Position numbers and translations under genes: made by a program. From assembly GCF_001194135.2 (NCBI RefSeq), contig NC_068983.1:55849121-55891396 (forward strand): a DNA stretch of 42,276 bases. The letters are read 5' to 3'. Source of the DNA: Octopus bimaculoides (Eukaryota). Shown piece after piece: positions 11,400 to 22,859 of this stretch. Under the pieces are notes generated by a model. It made no database searches. It saw only the letters and a program-made list of their open reading frames with translations, and was not told the DNA's origin. Position 1 is the first letter of the stretch, and every line of letters starts with the position of its first letter.

Positions 11400-11800
11400 T
11401 AGGAGTGGCTGTGCGGTAAGTAGCTTACTTACCAACCACATGGTTCCGGGTTCAGTCTCACTGCATGGCACCTTGGGCACGTGTGTTCTACTATAGCCTC
11501 GGGCCAACCAAAGCCTTGTGAGTGGATTTGGTAGACGGAAACTGAAAGAAGCCCGTCGTATATATGTATATGTATATGTATATATGTGTGTATGTCTGTG
11601 TGTCTGTGTTTGTCTCCCCAACATCGCTTGACAACCAATGCTGGTGTGTTTACTTCCCCGTAACTTAGCGGTTCGGCAAAAGAGACTGATAGAATAAGTA
11701 CTAGGCTTACAATGAATAAGTCCTGGGGTCGATTTGCTCGACTAAAGGTGGTGCTCCAGCATGGCCGCAGTCAAATGACTGAAACAGGCAAAAGAGCGAA
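11400..11800 (+). mobile_element. tRNA-derived SINE family A (CORE-like), near full length
   Basis: A-box-like TGGCTGTGCGG, B-box-like GGTTCAGTC, CACCTTGGGCA..G segment resembling the MIR/CORE domain, an internal (TA)/(TG) tract and a conserved tail GGTGCTCCAGCATGGCCGCAGTCAAATGACTGAAAC. Confidence 0.9.
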
Positions 11801-11827
11801 AGAGATATTCAGCAACAGTACTTTGTA

Positions 11828-12050
11828 GTAAAAATTATTTGCCAACATAACATGGCAGTCCTGGTTCAAGACGAATGTTGCTGTAATTTAGCCCCAGGAG
11901 AATTCGTCTCCAGATGGCTATACGACGCGAAAATATAAGGACACAGATCGTGTCGTATAGCCAGCTGGAGACAATGTCTCCTGGGGCTAAATTACAGCAA
12001 CATTCGTCCTAAACCAGGACTTCCATGTTATATTGGCAAACGATCTTTAC
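11828..12050. mobile_element. Foldback MITE with about 105-bp inverted arms
   Basis: Arm GTAAA..TTTGCCAACATAACATGGCAGTCCTGGTT..GACGAATGTTGCTGTAATTTAGCCCCAGGAG..GTCTCCAG.TGGCTATACGAC is mirrored at 11950-12050 around a short spacer. No TSD identified. Confidence 0.9.
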
Positions 12051-13392
12051 TCCAAATATTTTATATTTTACTGATTTATATATACTGTGAATCATTTGAT
12101 ATTTAATATATTATATAGTTTATATACAATACTATAATAATATTAGATCAAATTCATAGCGTCCTCCAATCCACTGCCTCCCTCCAAACGCCCCCCCCCC
12201 ATTTCTCACTTAAGCACCAGCGCCCACCTGGACCGTCTTAACGACCATTGGTAGAACCTATAATCTACCTTATAGAAAATGAGTGAAGTCATTAAAACGG
12301 TGAACAACATGCCTTTTTTGAATTCTGAGTACAAATTATATACACTGCATTTGATAGTATATAAGATGCACCTTTTCTCCAAATAAATATCATAAAACAT
12401 CACACCGGTTCGTTTATGCGAAGTAGGGACTCATGAGGTAGAGAGGAGGGCAGCCGAATCAAACACCCTTATACACCAAATTGACCGACAGCTGGAAAAN
12501 NNNNNNNNNNNNNNNNNNNNNNNNNNNNNNNNNNNNNNNNNNNNNNNNNNNNNNNNNNNNNNNNNNNNNNNNNNNNNNNNNNNNNNNNNNNNNNNNNNNN
12601 NNNNNNNNNNNNNNNNNNNNNNNNNNNNNNNNNNNNNNNNNNNNNNNNNNNNNNNNNNNNNNNNNNNNNNNNNNNNNNNNNNNNNNNNNNNNNNNNNNNN
12701 NNNNNNNNNNNNNNNNNNNNNNNNNNNNNNNNNNNNNNNNNNNNNNNNNNNNNNNNNNNNNNNNNNNNNNNNNNNNNNNNNNNNNNNNNNNNNNNNNNNN
12801 NNNNNNNNNNNNNNNNNNNNNNNNNNNNNNNNNNNNNNNNNNNNNNNNNNNNNNNNNNNNNNNNNNNNNNNNNNNNNNNNNNNNNNNNNNNNNNNNNNNN
12901 NNNNNNNNNNNNNNNNNNNNNNNNNNNNNNNNNNNNNNNNNNNNNNNNNNNNNNNNNNNNNNNNNNNNNNNNNNNNNNNNNNNNNNNNNNNNNNNNNNNN
13001 NNNNNNNNNNNNNNNNNNNNNNNNNNNNNNNNNNNNNNNNNNNNNNNNNNNNNNNNNNNNNNNNNNNNNNNNNNNNNNNNNNNNNNNNNNNNNNNNNNNN
13101 NNNNNNNNNNNNNNNNNNNNNNNNNNNNNNNNNNNNNNNNNNNNNNNNNNNNNNNNNNNNNNNNNNNNNNNNNNNNNNNNNNNNNNNNNNNNNNNNNNNN
13201 NNNNNNNNNNNNNNNNNNNNNNNNNNNNNNNNNNNNNNNNNNNNNNNNNNNNNNNNNNNNNNNNNNNNNNNNNNNNNNNNNNNNNNNNNNNNNNNNNNNN
13301 NNNNNNNNNNNNNNNNNNNNNNNNNNNNNNNNNNNNNNNNNNNNNNNNNNNNNNNNNNNNNNNNNNNNNNNNNNNNNNNNNNNNNNNNNNNN

Positions 13393-13568
13393 GTGCCGAC
13401 TACATAAACAAACGGTTAGGGTTAGGGTAAAACAGCAAGTTATCGAAATAAGACAATTTTTTACATGAAATAAATTCGAATACAAAAATATTTTTCTGTT
13501 CTAGAACACAAAATAGATAAGTATACGAAGTTTGAAAGTCTTTCGGTACCAAAAAACACTACGTAAAA
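13393..13568. mobile_element. Second copy of the same arm with adjacent (TTAGGG)2
   Basis: GGTTAGGGTTAGGGT at 13414-13428, then an arm nearly identical to 20780-20905. Confidence 0.75.
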
Positions 13569-13714
13569 CATTATGAAAAATGTGGCTCCCGTTTTAAAAA
13601 AGATCCGAGAGTTTTGTCTACGAATCGCAAGGATCATCCTAGTTACGCAAAGTTTTGCGTTTTACTATGTCACGTATGCGAGAGTCGATCACAACAAATA
13701 TATGTATATATATA

Positions 13715-13970
13715 CTTGTTTGTGTTTGTCTGTGAGTCTGAGTGTTTACGTGCGTGTGTGTGTGTGTGTGAGGGTATCTGTGTACTCGTGTAAGGGTGTG
13801 TGTCTATGCGTCTGTGTATGTGAGACACTGAAAGTGAATGGATGCACGTGTGTGCCCTATTGTGTATGCGAATGTGTGTGTGAGAGAGAGAGAGTTCGTG
13901 TGTGCATTTGTGTGTGCGTGTGGGGTGTATGTGAGTGTGTGTGTGTGTGTGCGCGTGAATGTGTGCACGT
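13715..13970. repeat. (GT)n-rich microsatellite
   Basis: Directly visible. Confidence 0.95.
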
Positions 13971-14399
13971 ACTTTTGAATGCAGTTAAAACCTTGTCAGT
14001 CTGTTTATTACAGTGAGAAGTCTCTAAGTAGCGGGTCGGCGTGACATTGTAAACAGACTGACAGAAAAATCAATACTAGAAACGCTATTACGTAATCTAT
14101 GCCAATATCGCTTTATCTGAATGATTTCTTCAGGACGTTGACCTCGCACGATTATTTTTGAAATCGTTCCATGGCTAAATGCCAAACATCATTTAGTTGC
14201 GTACCTGTGCGTCGTGAGTTCAAATAACGCTGCTATCTTGCTTCATTTCTTTTTTTTTTTTTTTTTTTGCAATCGTCTGCGCTACGTGTGTGCGCGTGCG
14301 TTTGTGTGCGCTTGTATCCATATAGATATATACTACACACATTAATGCGTGCGCGCGCGCTTGTGCGTGTGTGTATGTGTGTGTGCGTGTGTGTGTGTA

Positions 14400-14794
14400 T
14401 GTTAGTTGTTGGCACTCCGTCGCTTGTGACGACGAGGGTTCCAGCTGATCCGATCAACGGAACAGCTTGCTCGTAAAATTAACGGGCAAATGGCTGAGCA
14501 CTCCACAGACACGTGTACGTACCCCTTAACGTAGTTCTCGGGGATACTCAGTGTGACACAGAGTGTGACAAGGCTGGCCCTTCGAATTACAGACACAACA
14601 GAAACAGGAATTAAGAGTGAGAGAAAGTTGTGGTGAAAGAGTACAGCAGGGTTCGCCACCATACCCTGCCGGAGCCTCGTAGAGCTTTAGGTGTTTTCGC
14701 TCAATAAACACTCACAACACCTGGTCTAGGAATCGAAACTGCGATCCTATGACCGCGATTCCGCTGCCCTAACCACTAGGCCATTGCGCCTCCA
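14400..14794 (-). mobile_element. tRNA-derived SINE family C
   Basis: On the - strand the head GGAGGCGCAATGGCCTAGTGGTTAGGGCAGCGG..GTTTCGATTCCTAG has clear A and B boxes, followed by about 320 bp of non-tRNA body. Confidence 0.8.
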
Positions 14795-15029
14795 CTCTAC
14801 TATATAAATGCGAGTGTATGTGGTTATGTATGTTGAGCCCCGAAAGGCTCTGAAACGGTGCGTCCTCCAGAAAAACGAATTTGATTTTCGACATCTAAGG
14901 AGAATGTTATCCGTAAATAATAATGAAAATTATATAATTTCAACGAGGAATACCTCAACTTTTAGGTTTACAAATCTCACACTCTGTCACCATCAATCTA
15001 TTTCTCACTATATTTTACCCCCACCCCCT

Positions 15030-15235
15030 CTCTCGCTCTCTCTCTCTCTCACTCTCTCTGTCACTCTCACACTCTTTCACACACTCTCTCTCTCACACTC
15101 TCTCTCACTCTCTCTCACACACTCTCTCACACTCTCTCTCACACACACACTCTCTTTCTCTCTCTCTCTCTCACTCACTTTCTTTCACTCTCTATCTCAC
15201 ACTCTCTCTCACAAACTCACTATCTGTCTCTCTTT
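15030..15235. repeat. (CT)n/(CA)n microsatellite
   Basis: Directly visible. Confidence 0.95.
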
Positions 15236-16456
15236 TTTACTCTTGTGAGGGCTTGGTAGCAGGTAATAGGTTGTAGCAGTCCAAAAAGAATATTTGATAT
15301 GAGTTCTTGGTTTTGATTGTTTAAGCAGCAGTAGTAGCTGAGGAGGGAAACGGCGAAGAAGAAGAAGAAGAAGAAGAATATAAAAATACGGGAGTGGTAT
15401 GACAGTAATAGGATGTTGGTGGAATCCTCTTAAATGGTCAAGTGACCTAAAAGTGACCTGTTGTGGTTGTAATAGTCGTGATTGGAATTGTGAATAAATT
15501 CATGGGTAGTGACTGTTCTGAATATATCGTTTTTTAATATCTACGTGGGTATTGTTCTAAGGCCCTTGTAATAGTGTCATTTGTGGTGGACGCATTTGAA
15601 GGAGTTTATTATATTTTGTGATAAAATATAACTCTATGCTAATGTGCTGGCTACAGGTTGCATCGTCCCTGAATTTATAGACTGGAAAAATTCTGAAGCT
15701 GGGTTGTTTGTTAGAGGTGCAAATGTCGGTGTGTTTGCTGAATGCTATTTTTCTGTATTCCCGAATTTTGATCTGGGATCTATGTAGAGCCATCTTTTGA
15801 CTTAGAGTGTTTTTGGTTTGGCCTATGTATGTATTGCTCTCGACACCCTATGCATATTAATACCTATATTAGGTTTTCCGAAGCACATGTGAAGTTGTTT
15901 TTCTCCGTAAAACGTTGACCCTGTTTGAAAGAAACTCCGATCCCTCAATTAGGTTGATGCATATACCACAGTTAGGCCTTCTGCATTTCTTTACTGACGG
16001 CTTTAGTGTTGCTGTCGGGTGTACTTGGGCTTGTGTTGGGAGACTTTTTATAGATCCGGGCTGTCTTTTGTTCTTTATGATGGTGTGCATTTGGAGGATT
16101 AAATTCATTCTGTGGTCCCTTTTTAGACGGGGAATGTTCTGGAGGTTGGTGTCGAAGGCTTCATTGTTAAGGGGCTTGTGCGTGGATATGTATGGTAGGG
16201 CTTGTGGTTGTAAATCCTTCTTTAGTTTGGAGTGTCTGAGTTCGTTGATGTTGATTTGTAGGGCTCGTTGGAAGCCTATATCAGTTAGTGATGGCGAGTA
16301 GTTCCTACTGATGAGTGTATCCTTTAGCTCATTTAGTCGTGTGTCCCTGGTGCTTGTATCAGATACTATAGTACAAATCCTGTTTTGCTTGGTTGAAGGG
16401 GATATTCATTCTAGTGTGTCTGGGGTGGCATGAGATGAACGGTAGATATTGTTTGG

Positions 16457-16676
16457 AGGCGAGCTGGCAGAAACGTTATCACGACGGGCGAAATGTTTAG
16501 CAGTATTTCGTCTGCCGTTACGTTCTGAGTTCAAATTCCGCCGAGGTCGACTTTGCTTTTCATCCTTTCGGGGTCGATAAATTAAGTACCAGTTACACAC
16601 TGGGGTCGATGTAATCGATTTAATCCCTTGTTTGTCCCTTCTGTGTTTAGCCCCTTGTGGGCAATAAAGAAATAAG
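16457..16676 (+). mobile_element. tRNA-derived SINE family B with a 15-bp TSD
   Basis: GCGAGCTGGCAGAAACG..GAGTTCAAATTCC..GTCGACTTTGC..CATCCTTTCGGGGTCGATAAATTAAGTACCAG. Flanked by AGATATTG(T/C)TTGGAG at 16444-16458 and 16675-16689. Confidence 0.9.
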
Positions 16677-18254
16677 ATATTGCTTGGAGTCCGTGGGCTT
16701 ATAGTAGATGTCTGTTTCTATTTTGTTGGATTTCTTAATGAGGATGTCGAGGAATGGAAGTTGTTGATGGCTATATTCCATCGTAAATTGAATGTTTATG
16801 TCAAGTCCATTTAAAAGTGCTTGAAATTCTTTAAGTCTTTCTATACTTTCATGCCAACGAGTGAAGCAGTCATCCAGATATCTCTTCCAGTTATTTTCTA
16901 TGTAGAGGGAGAATGGGTTGCCGTATTTTTCTAGTACCTTACGATAAGGACTGATTTCTAGATATCCCATGACTAGGTTAGCAAAGGAGGGGGCCTTTCT
17001 CGTACCCATCGCAGTCCCCGATTTTTGCCGATAGAAATTGTCTTTGAAGACAAAGTAGTTATTCTCCAAGACGAATTTTAGCCCTTCTATTACAAATTCT
17101 TTTTTGATGCGATGTGGGAATTCGTTGGCGAAATTCTCTAGTCAGAATTGAATTGCTTCTATTCCTAGGCTGTGGCAGGATATTAAAATAGAGGTTGACT
17201 ACATCGAAGGATACTAGTAGGGTGTTTTTGTTTATTGTTTCAGGGAGGTGATTGATCGTATCTAAGTCATCCCTTATGTAGCTTTTGCTATGCTTAAGGA
17301 ATGGTTGTAAGAGGGTATCTAAAAAGTTGCTGAGGCGGTGGGTTTCGCATGCGGGACCTGCTATTATTGATCTTAGTTTGAGGCCATTAGGAGTAGGAAC
17401 CTTGATTATTATGTCTGTGGCTATCCTGCGTGCGTTACATGTTTTCGCACTTTTGTGTATAAGAATACCGTAGAATTGACTGGTTTTACTTTTGAAATTG
17501 GTCATATAGTCATATTACTTGTCGGTGAGCCATTCTCTGTATAAGTTTAACATAGTTTTTAGGTTTCTCCTTATTTTCTGCTGACTGTAGTGTTGGACCT
17601 TTTCATAATATGTTGTGTCTTCCAATATGGATAGTACTAGAGTTATATAGTATACTGTGTCCTTTAAGACAACTGCACTCTCTTTATCATCCCCTTTGAT
17701 TGTTATTGTTTTATCATCGTTTAATTTGTTCTGTTCAGCCTATTCTTTTTTTATGAAGTTTGGCTTGTGTTTTCGTTTGTATATATGTTGATATGGGTAA
17801 TTCGTGATGTGTTCACAGAAACGATCAAAAATTTTGTTCTTACCTTTTGAAGGGATGTAGTTACTTCTATTTCGGACTAACGATTCGTCCTTGTTGTATT
17901 TGTCATATAGTCCCTCAGCGAGTCGTAAGCTTCTACAGAACTCCGTAACGTCTTCTTTCATTTCGTTGTAGTTGGGGCGTTGGGGGGTGGGGGGTAAACT
18001 CGAGCCCTTTGAATAGTATATTGATTTGGTTTGCTGTTAGTTCTTTGTGAGTTAGATTGATGATTTTTATCACTTTTGGTTCTTCCTGTCTGCCTGGTGC
18101 TATCTCGTATCTCTGTGTTTGTGTATTGGGTCTAAAAAATGATTGAGGTGATTGGGTCGGTAGCTGTTATATAGTCGTTCCTTGTTGTTGTGGAATGCCC
18201 TGTTGTCGTGATTTATGGTGCGGGTTCTTGGAAGGGTATTGAAAAGTATGTCCC

Positions 18255-18730
18255 TACACAGGTGTAGGAGTGGCTGTGTGGTAAGTAGCTTGCTTACCAA
18301 CCACATGGTTCCGGGTTCAGTCTCACTGCGTGGCACCTTGGGCAAGTGTCTTCTACTATAGTCTCGGGCCGACCAAAGCCTTGTGAGTGGATTTGGTAGA
18401 CGGAAATTGAAAGAAGCCTGTCGTATATATGTATATGTAGTGGCTTTATGCAAGCATAGCGTGGATTCGATCCTCTTTCGCCAAATTTCACTTAACAGTT
18501 CAACAGCCCTTTTCTCACAGNNNNNNNNNNNNNNNNNNNNNNNNNNNNNNNNNNNNNNNNNNNNNNNNNNNNNNNNNNNNNNNNNNNNNNNNNNNNNNNN
18601 NNNNNNNNNNNNNNNNNNNNNNNNNNNNNNNNNNNNNNNNNNNNNNNNNNNNNNNNNNNNNNNNNNNNNNNNNNNNNNNNNNNNNNNNNNNNNNNNNNNN
18701 NNNNAAACAAGTAAAAGAATAAAAAGAGTA
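18255..18730 (+). mobile_element. SINE family A copy inserted in the Penelope-like element
   Basis: Head at 18255-18436 and tail AAACAAGTAAAAGAATAAAAAG after the gap. Possible TSD AGTAT(G/A)TCCC. Confidence 0.8.
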
Positions 18731-18940
18731 TATCCCATGTTTCGATGTGGTGTTTTAGGGGGCCGTCGATGGTAATTGTTACGTGTGGTACGGGTTTGTT
18801 GTGCGTGGTTGTTTAGTGGATTGTTGGAACGAAAATTCCGTTGGTAACTCCTTATGTATATGAAAACTATGGAAATTTTAAAACAAAACAGTTCAGTTAA
18901 TATTTCCACAATTTAATTGTTTTTCATGCTTTACTCTAAG

Positions 18941-18970
18941 TTGAAAAAGTCGCAAAGACTGAAACCGGTA
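18941..18970 (+). ncRNA. Degenerate minimal hammerhead-ribozyme motif (probably inactive)
   Basis: TTGAAAA (CUGANGA with C3 and G8 changed), stem II AGTC-gcaaa-GACT, then GAAACCGGTA with palindromic ACCGGT. It lies at the 5' end of the Penelope-like element, antisense to its ORF. Stem I pairing is poor. Confidence 0.45.
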
Positions 18971-20236
18971 CTAAAATGTTCTTCATGGTAAAATTATTTT
19001 AGCATTTTCTACCTTGTCTTATTTTCCTTATATATGTATATGTAGTGGCTTTATGCAAGCATAGCGTGGATTCGATCCTCTTTCGCCAAATTTCACTTAA
19101 CAGTTCAACAGCCCTTTTCTCACAGTAAAAGAATAATTTTTCTGAGTGACAGCAGTTACATTTGCCAGATGCCTTCGTTAAGCAAAATTGTCTTTGTCAC
19201 TTGACCCTTCTAACCTCTTCTAGGCCACCAAAAGCTAGAAAAGAGATAACAGACCGCCAACGAAATCTATTGTTCTCAACAATATGTCTATATTTCTGGC
19301 TGGTTTTGGATTGTTATAAAACAAGAACTCCGTAAACCAAAGACAATTAGTAAGAACCGAGTCTGGCTGACCGGCTGAACAAAACGCCGTCTCTAAAGGA
19401 ATTGGCACAAAGGGACAACTATGGTAACTCACCAACGAAGCAGTTGTTTCTTCCTACCTCTTTCACTTTCACTAACTCGCTTTCTTTTCTCTGTAACATT
19501 ACTATACCTCTCTATATATACTACTATGTGATCATGTACACACATACAGGCCGAAAGTAACTTTTATATATATATATATATATATNNNNNNNNNNNNNNN
19601 NNNNNNNNNNNNNNNNNNNNNNNNNNNNNNNNNNNNNNNNNNNNNNNNNNNNNNNNNNNNNNNNNNNNNNNNNNNNNNNNNNNNNNNNNNNNNNNNNNNN
19701 NNNNNNNNNNNNNNNNNNNNNNNNNNNNNNNNNNNNNNNNNNNNNNNNNNNNNNNNNNNNNNNNNNNNNNNNNNNNNNNNNNNNNNNNNNNNNNNNNNNN
19801 NNNNNNNNNNNNNNNNNNNNNNNNNNNNNNNNNNNNNNNNNNNNNNNNNNNNNNNNNNNNNNNNNNNNNNNNNNNNNNNNNNNNNNNNNNNNNNNNNNNN
19901 NNNNNNNNNNNNNNNNNNNNNNNNNNNNNNNNNNNNNNNNNNNNNNNNNNNNNNNNNNNNNNNNNNNNNNNNNNNNNNNNNNNNNNNNNNNNNNNNNNNN
20001 NNNNNNNNNNNNNNNNNNNNNNNNNNNNNNNNNNNNNNNNNNNNNNNNNNNNNNNNNNNNNNNNNNNNNNNNNNNNNNNNNNNNNNNNNNNNNNNNNNNN
20101 NNNNNNNNNNNNNNNNNNNNNNNNNNNNNNNNNNNNNNNNNNNNNNNNNNNNNNNNNNNNNNNNNNNNNNNNNNNNNNNNNNNNNNNNNNNNNNNNNNNN
20201 NNNNNNNNNNNNNNNNNNNNNNNNNNNNNNNNNNNN

Positions 20237-20905
20237 CATCGCAAGTTATTTCATGTTAAAGTTGTCGTATTTCTGTAATTTCAACCAATCACTGACGTCT
20301 ATTCAACTGAATACAGTCAGTGCTGGCCGGTCATAAAAATGTTATTCCCTGTGACATATTTCATCCGGTTTAATCGTAATTTATACGCATATATTGTTTA
20401 TATAATAAATTACGCTGTGCGTATCTGTGTGTGTATATTTTCCCCATAACCTCACTCATAACCCTAACCCTAACCCCAACCCGAACCCTAACTCTAACCC
20501 TAACTCTAAAACCCGAACCCTAACCCTAAACTAGAGTTTGATTTGAAGAAGATTTGGCTGCTATTTCTAGGAAATGAAGCACTTGGTGGAGGTGCATTAA
20601 TAATTCTGGTAGCTCCAATAACAAGTGCAGGCAATATTCAAATATTTTGATGGCTTTTTCCCCTTTGTTTACGAACAGTCTAGTTAATCGGAAATGTCAG
20701 AACTAACGGGGATTAATACCATATACACCGTCACAGCAGTTACTGTATTCAACTGAATAGACGTCAGTGATTAGTTGAAATTATCGAAATAAGACAATTT
20801 TTAACGTGAAATAACTTCGAATACAAAATTTATTATCTGTTCTATACCACAAAATATACAAGTATACGAAGTTTGAAAGTGTTTCGGTACCAAAAACACT
20901 ACATA
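20237..20905. mobile_element. Inverted-arm element enclosing a degenerate (CCCTAA)n array
   Basis: 20240-20317 is the reverse complement of 20742-20820. Telomere-like array at 20447-20530. The left arm is cut by a gap. Confidence 0.75.
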
Positions 20906-20920
20906 AAAAAAAAATTGCCC

Positions 20921-21013
20921 GTCAAATCACAAAGGTCCTTCTTGAGATATCTTCTCCACAGACAAACCAACAGACAAACAAACACGACTGAAACAATACC
21001 TCCGCCTTCGAAG
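20921..21013 (-). mobile_element. HINE 5'-end fragment
   Basis: AAACAATACCTCCGCCTTCGAAG and TCTTGAGATATC match the corresponding end of the 39845-40220 element. Confidence 0.55.
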
Positions 21014-21725
21014 AAAACTCTTTTGTGTTGTATTATTCAATCTCAGCAGCATATTTGTAAACGGTTTATTGTAGGGGGAGCAACTCTCCTCTGAAATTTA
21101 TTAAAACTCACACTAGTTACCTCCCTTTACATTCGTCTTTCACTGAGTTTTATTTGCTTGGTTTATATCTAAAGATTTTTCCATAGAAATCGTAACCCTC
21201 ACTGATTTCTTGCGACGTTTCGCATCCGAAGACATCTAACGTAAATAGCAATGCGACTGAAAATAGAGAAATTGGTAATGGATGTATGTTATTTACGTAT
21301 TAGTGAGGCGTAATACGGAAATTGGTAGAATTGTTGCAGTTGTTGTTTCCCAATGTTAGCTGATCTATAAATCAAAGCATTCCAGATGTGACCATCTCGT
21401 GTTCTTTTTTCTGTTACAGTATATCTATGAATACATTATATTATACGCCCTCCATTTAATGAAGATCATAGCGTGTGATATGAGGTATAATTAGCCGCTA
21501 TTTTTAGCACTTCGACCCCCTGGATAGAAGCTGCTTCGTTAGCACGATATGTAGAGTAACAAAAGGGAGAACGACAAGCTAAGAGAAACATAAAGTTTCC
21601 TAATAAGGGTAGAATTAGGTATATTTGTTTTTACTTGCTAAGTCTCGAGGAACAAGCAGTCCCTATGACTTTTGTAGACCACCCGAGACCAAAGTGGCTG
21701 ATGGTGGCTAATGTTCTGCTTAAAA

Positions 21726-22416
21726 CAGTGGTTCTCAACCACTTTTTACCATTGAACCCCTTTGAGTACTATTGTATCCTGTGGACCCTCCATTGCCATT
21801 CATTATTTAAAAACTAGTTTTATAGATACTTCTTTCAAAACTATTTTGTTTTTAAAGAATAAAAAGTTTTGAACGGTACAACAATGCACTATAATACAAA
21901 AAATGGACTATATACCTGTTGTAATTTAGTTATCTATAGTCCAACAATGATATTTCGGAATACAATTCCTTCTTCAGATATTCTTAGATGGAGTCACTGC
22001 TATAAACTTTTGTTTTTTTCACTTTGCAATAACAGTCTCTAAGATACAGGGCTGTTTTAGTAAGCATTACAGATCCCCAAGTAAACCAATGCACTGGGCC
22101 CAATAGTATTTATTTACTAACAGCAGGCCCCACCAAAAATGCGCCACAATAATTGCAACCCTAAGCGTATATGACTATATCTCAAGACGGCACTGATGAG
22201 AGATAATGTTTCAGTAGTCGGAGACATCTTGAATTGTGTAAAACGTTTGAGAAAAAAACCTGGTTGTTTCATCCAATAAATACATCCAAAACAAAATTCT
22301 TTCATTGACTAATAAAATCCTGCTGTGGATCCTTGATTTAATATTTTGCTTGCGTAAATACCCCAAAAATTTTATATGAACCCCAGGCGTCACATGGACC
22401 CGATTGAGAATCAGTG
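21726..22416. mobile_element. Non-autonomous hAT element (about 690 bp)
   Basis: CAGTGGTTCTCAA...TTGAGAATCAGTG termini with an 8-bp TSD GCTTAAA(A/C). Related pieces at about 38507-38750 and a CAGCGGTTCTCA end at about 11288. Confidence 0.75.
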
Positions 22417-22859
22417 GCTTAAACAGTTGCGGGCCAACACCTGCAAGGAGGGGATGCCAAAACGGCTAATGCTCTGGGGAGAAAGGCCTGGACATGATCA
22501 GCATGAGGCTGGGAGGTTGGACAAAACAAGGTTGGTGAGAGATGGAGAGAGAAGTGAGTTAAATGTATCTGAGTGGGAGAAGTGTGAAAGCAGCAGAGGC
22601 CATTATAGTAATGACATGAAAAACACAGAAAAAGGGCAGTACACTTGTAGATCTGAGGTTGGAGAGGTTATAAGAAGTTTCATCGTAAATATTTTTGCCG
22701 TAGGAAATTTTGTTTTAAATGACCCCATGACATTTTTTTTAATGTTGACATTCAATAAAGACTTATCTATTTAATGCTTTTATAAAACATTTTATCTTTG
22801 TTTTGTTTATTTTATTGGTGGTTGAAGGCGAAGTTCACACGTTGCTGCGTGGAAATTGA

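Larger units (their letters stand above)
15250..19030 (-). mobile_element. Penelope-like retroelement (RT + GIY-YIG endonuclease), decayed, interrupted by two SINEs and a gap
   Basis: In order on the - strand: IINLTHKELT..ILFKGLEFTPTP, FCRSLRL, DDKESAVV, FDVVNLY, QKSGTAMGT..APSFANLVMG, WKRYLDDCF, LPFLDILI, TDIYYKPTDSKQYL, SCHPRH..IP, RPNCGIC, then NLI*VLIC.GC..QY/IGQT..HRSQI (GIY-YIG). Multiple stops and frameshifts. End points approximate. Confidence 0.93.

Noticed and set aside
12200-12330. Possible - strand exon FKKGMLFTVLMTSLIFYKVDY... ending AA|GTGAGA
   Set aside because: Weak acceptor, no recognisable homology and no partner exon.
14720-14794. tRNA-like sequence
   Set aside because: It continues into a SINE body and lacks a complete acceptor stem. 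It is a SINE head, not a tRNA gene.
14830-14875. GAGCC-ccgaaa-GGCTC hairpin followed by TGAAACGGT, hammerhead-like
   Set aside because: No CUGANGA, stem II does not abut GAAA, and no stem I.
20447-20530. (CCCTAA)n as a true telomere or fusion site
   Set aside because: Short, degenerate, single orientation and enclosed by transposon-like arms.
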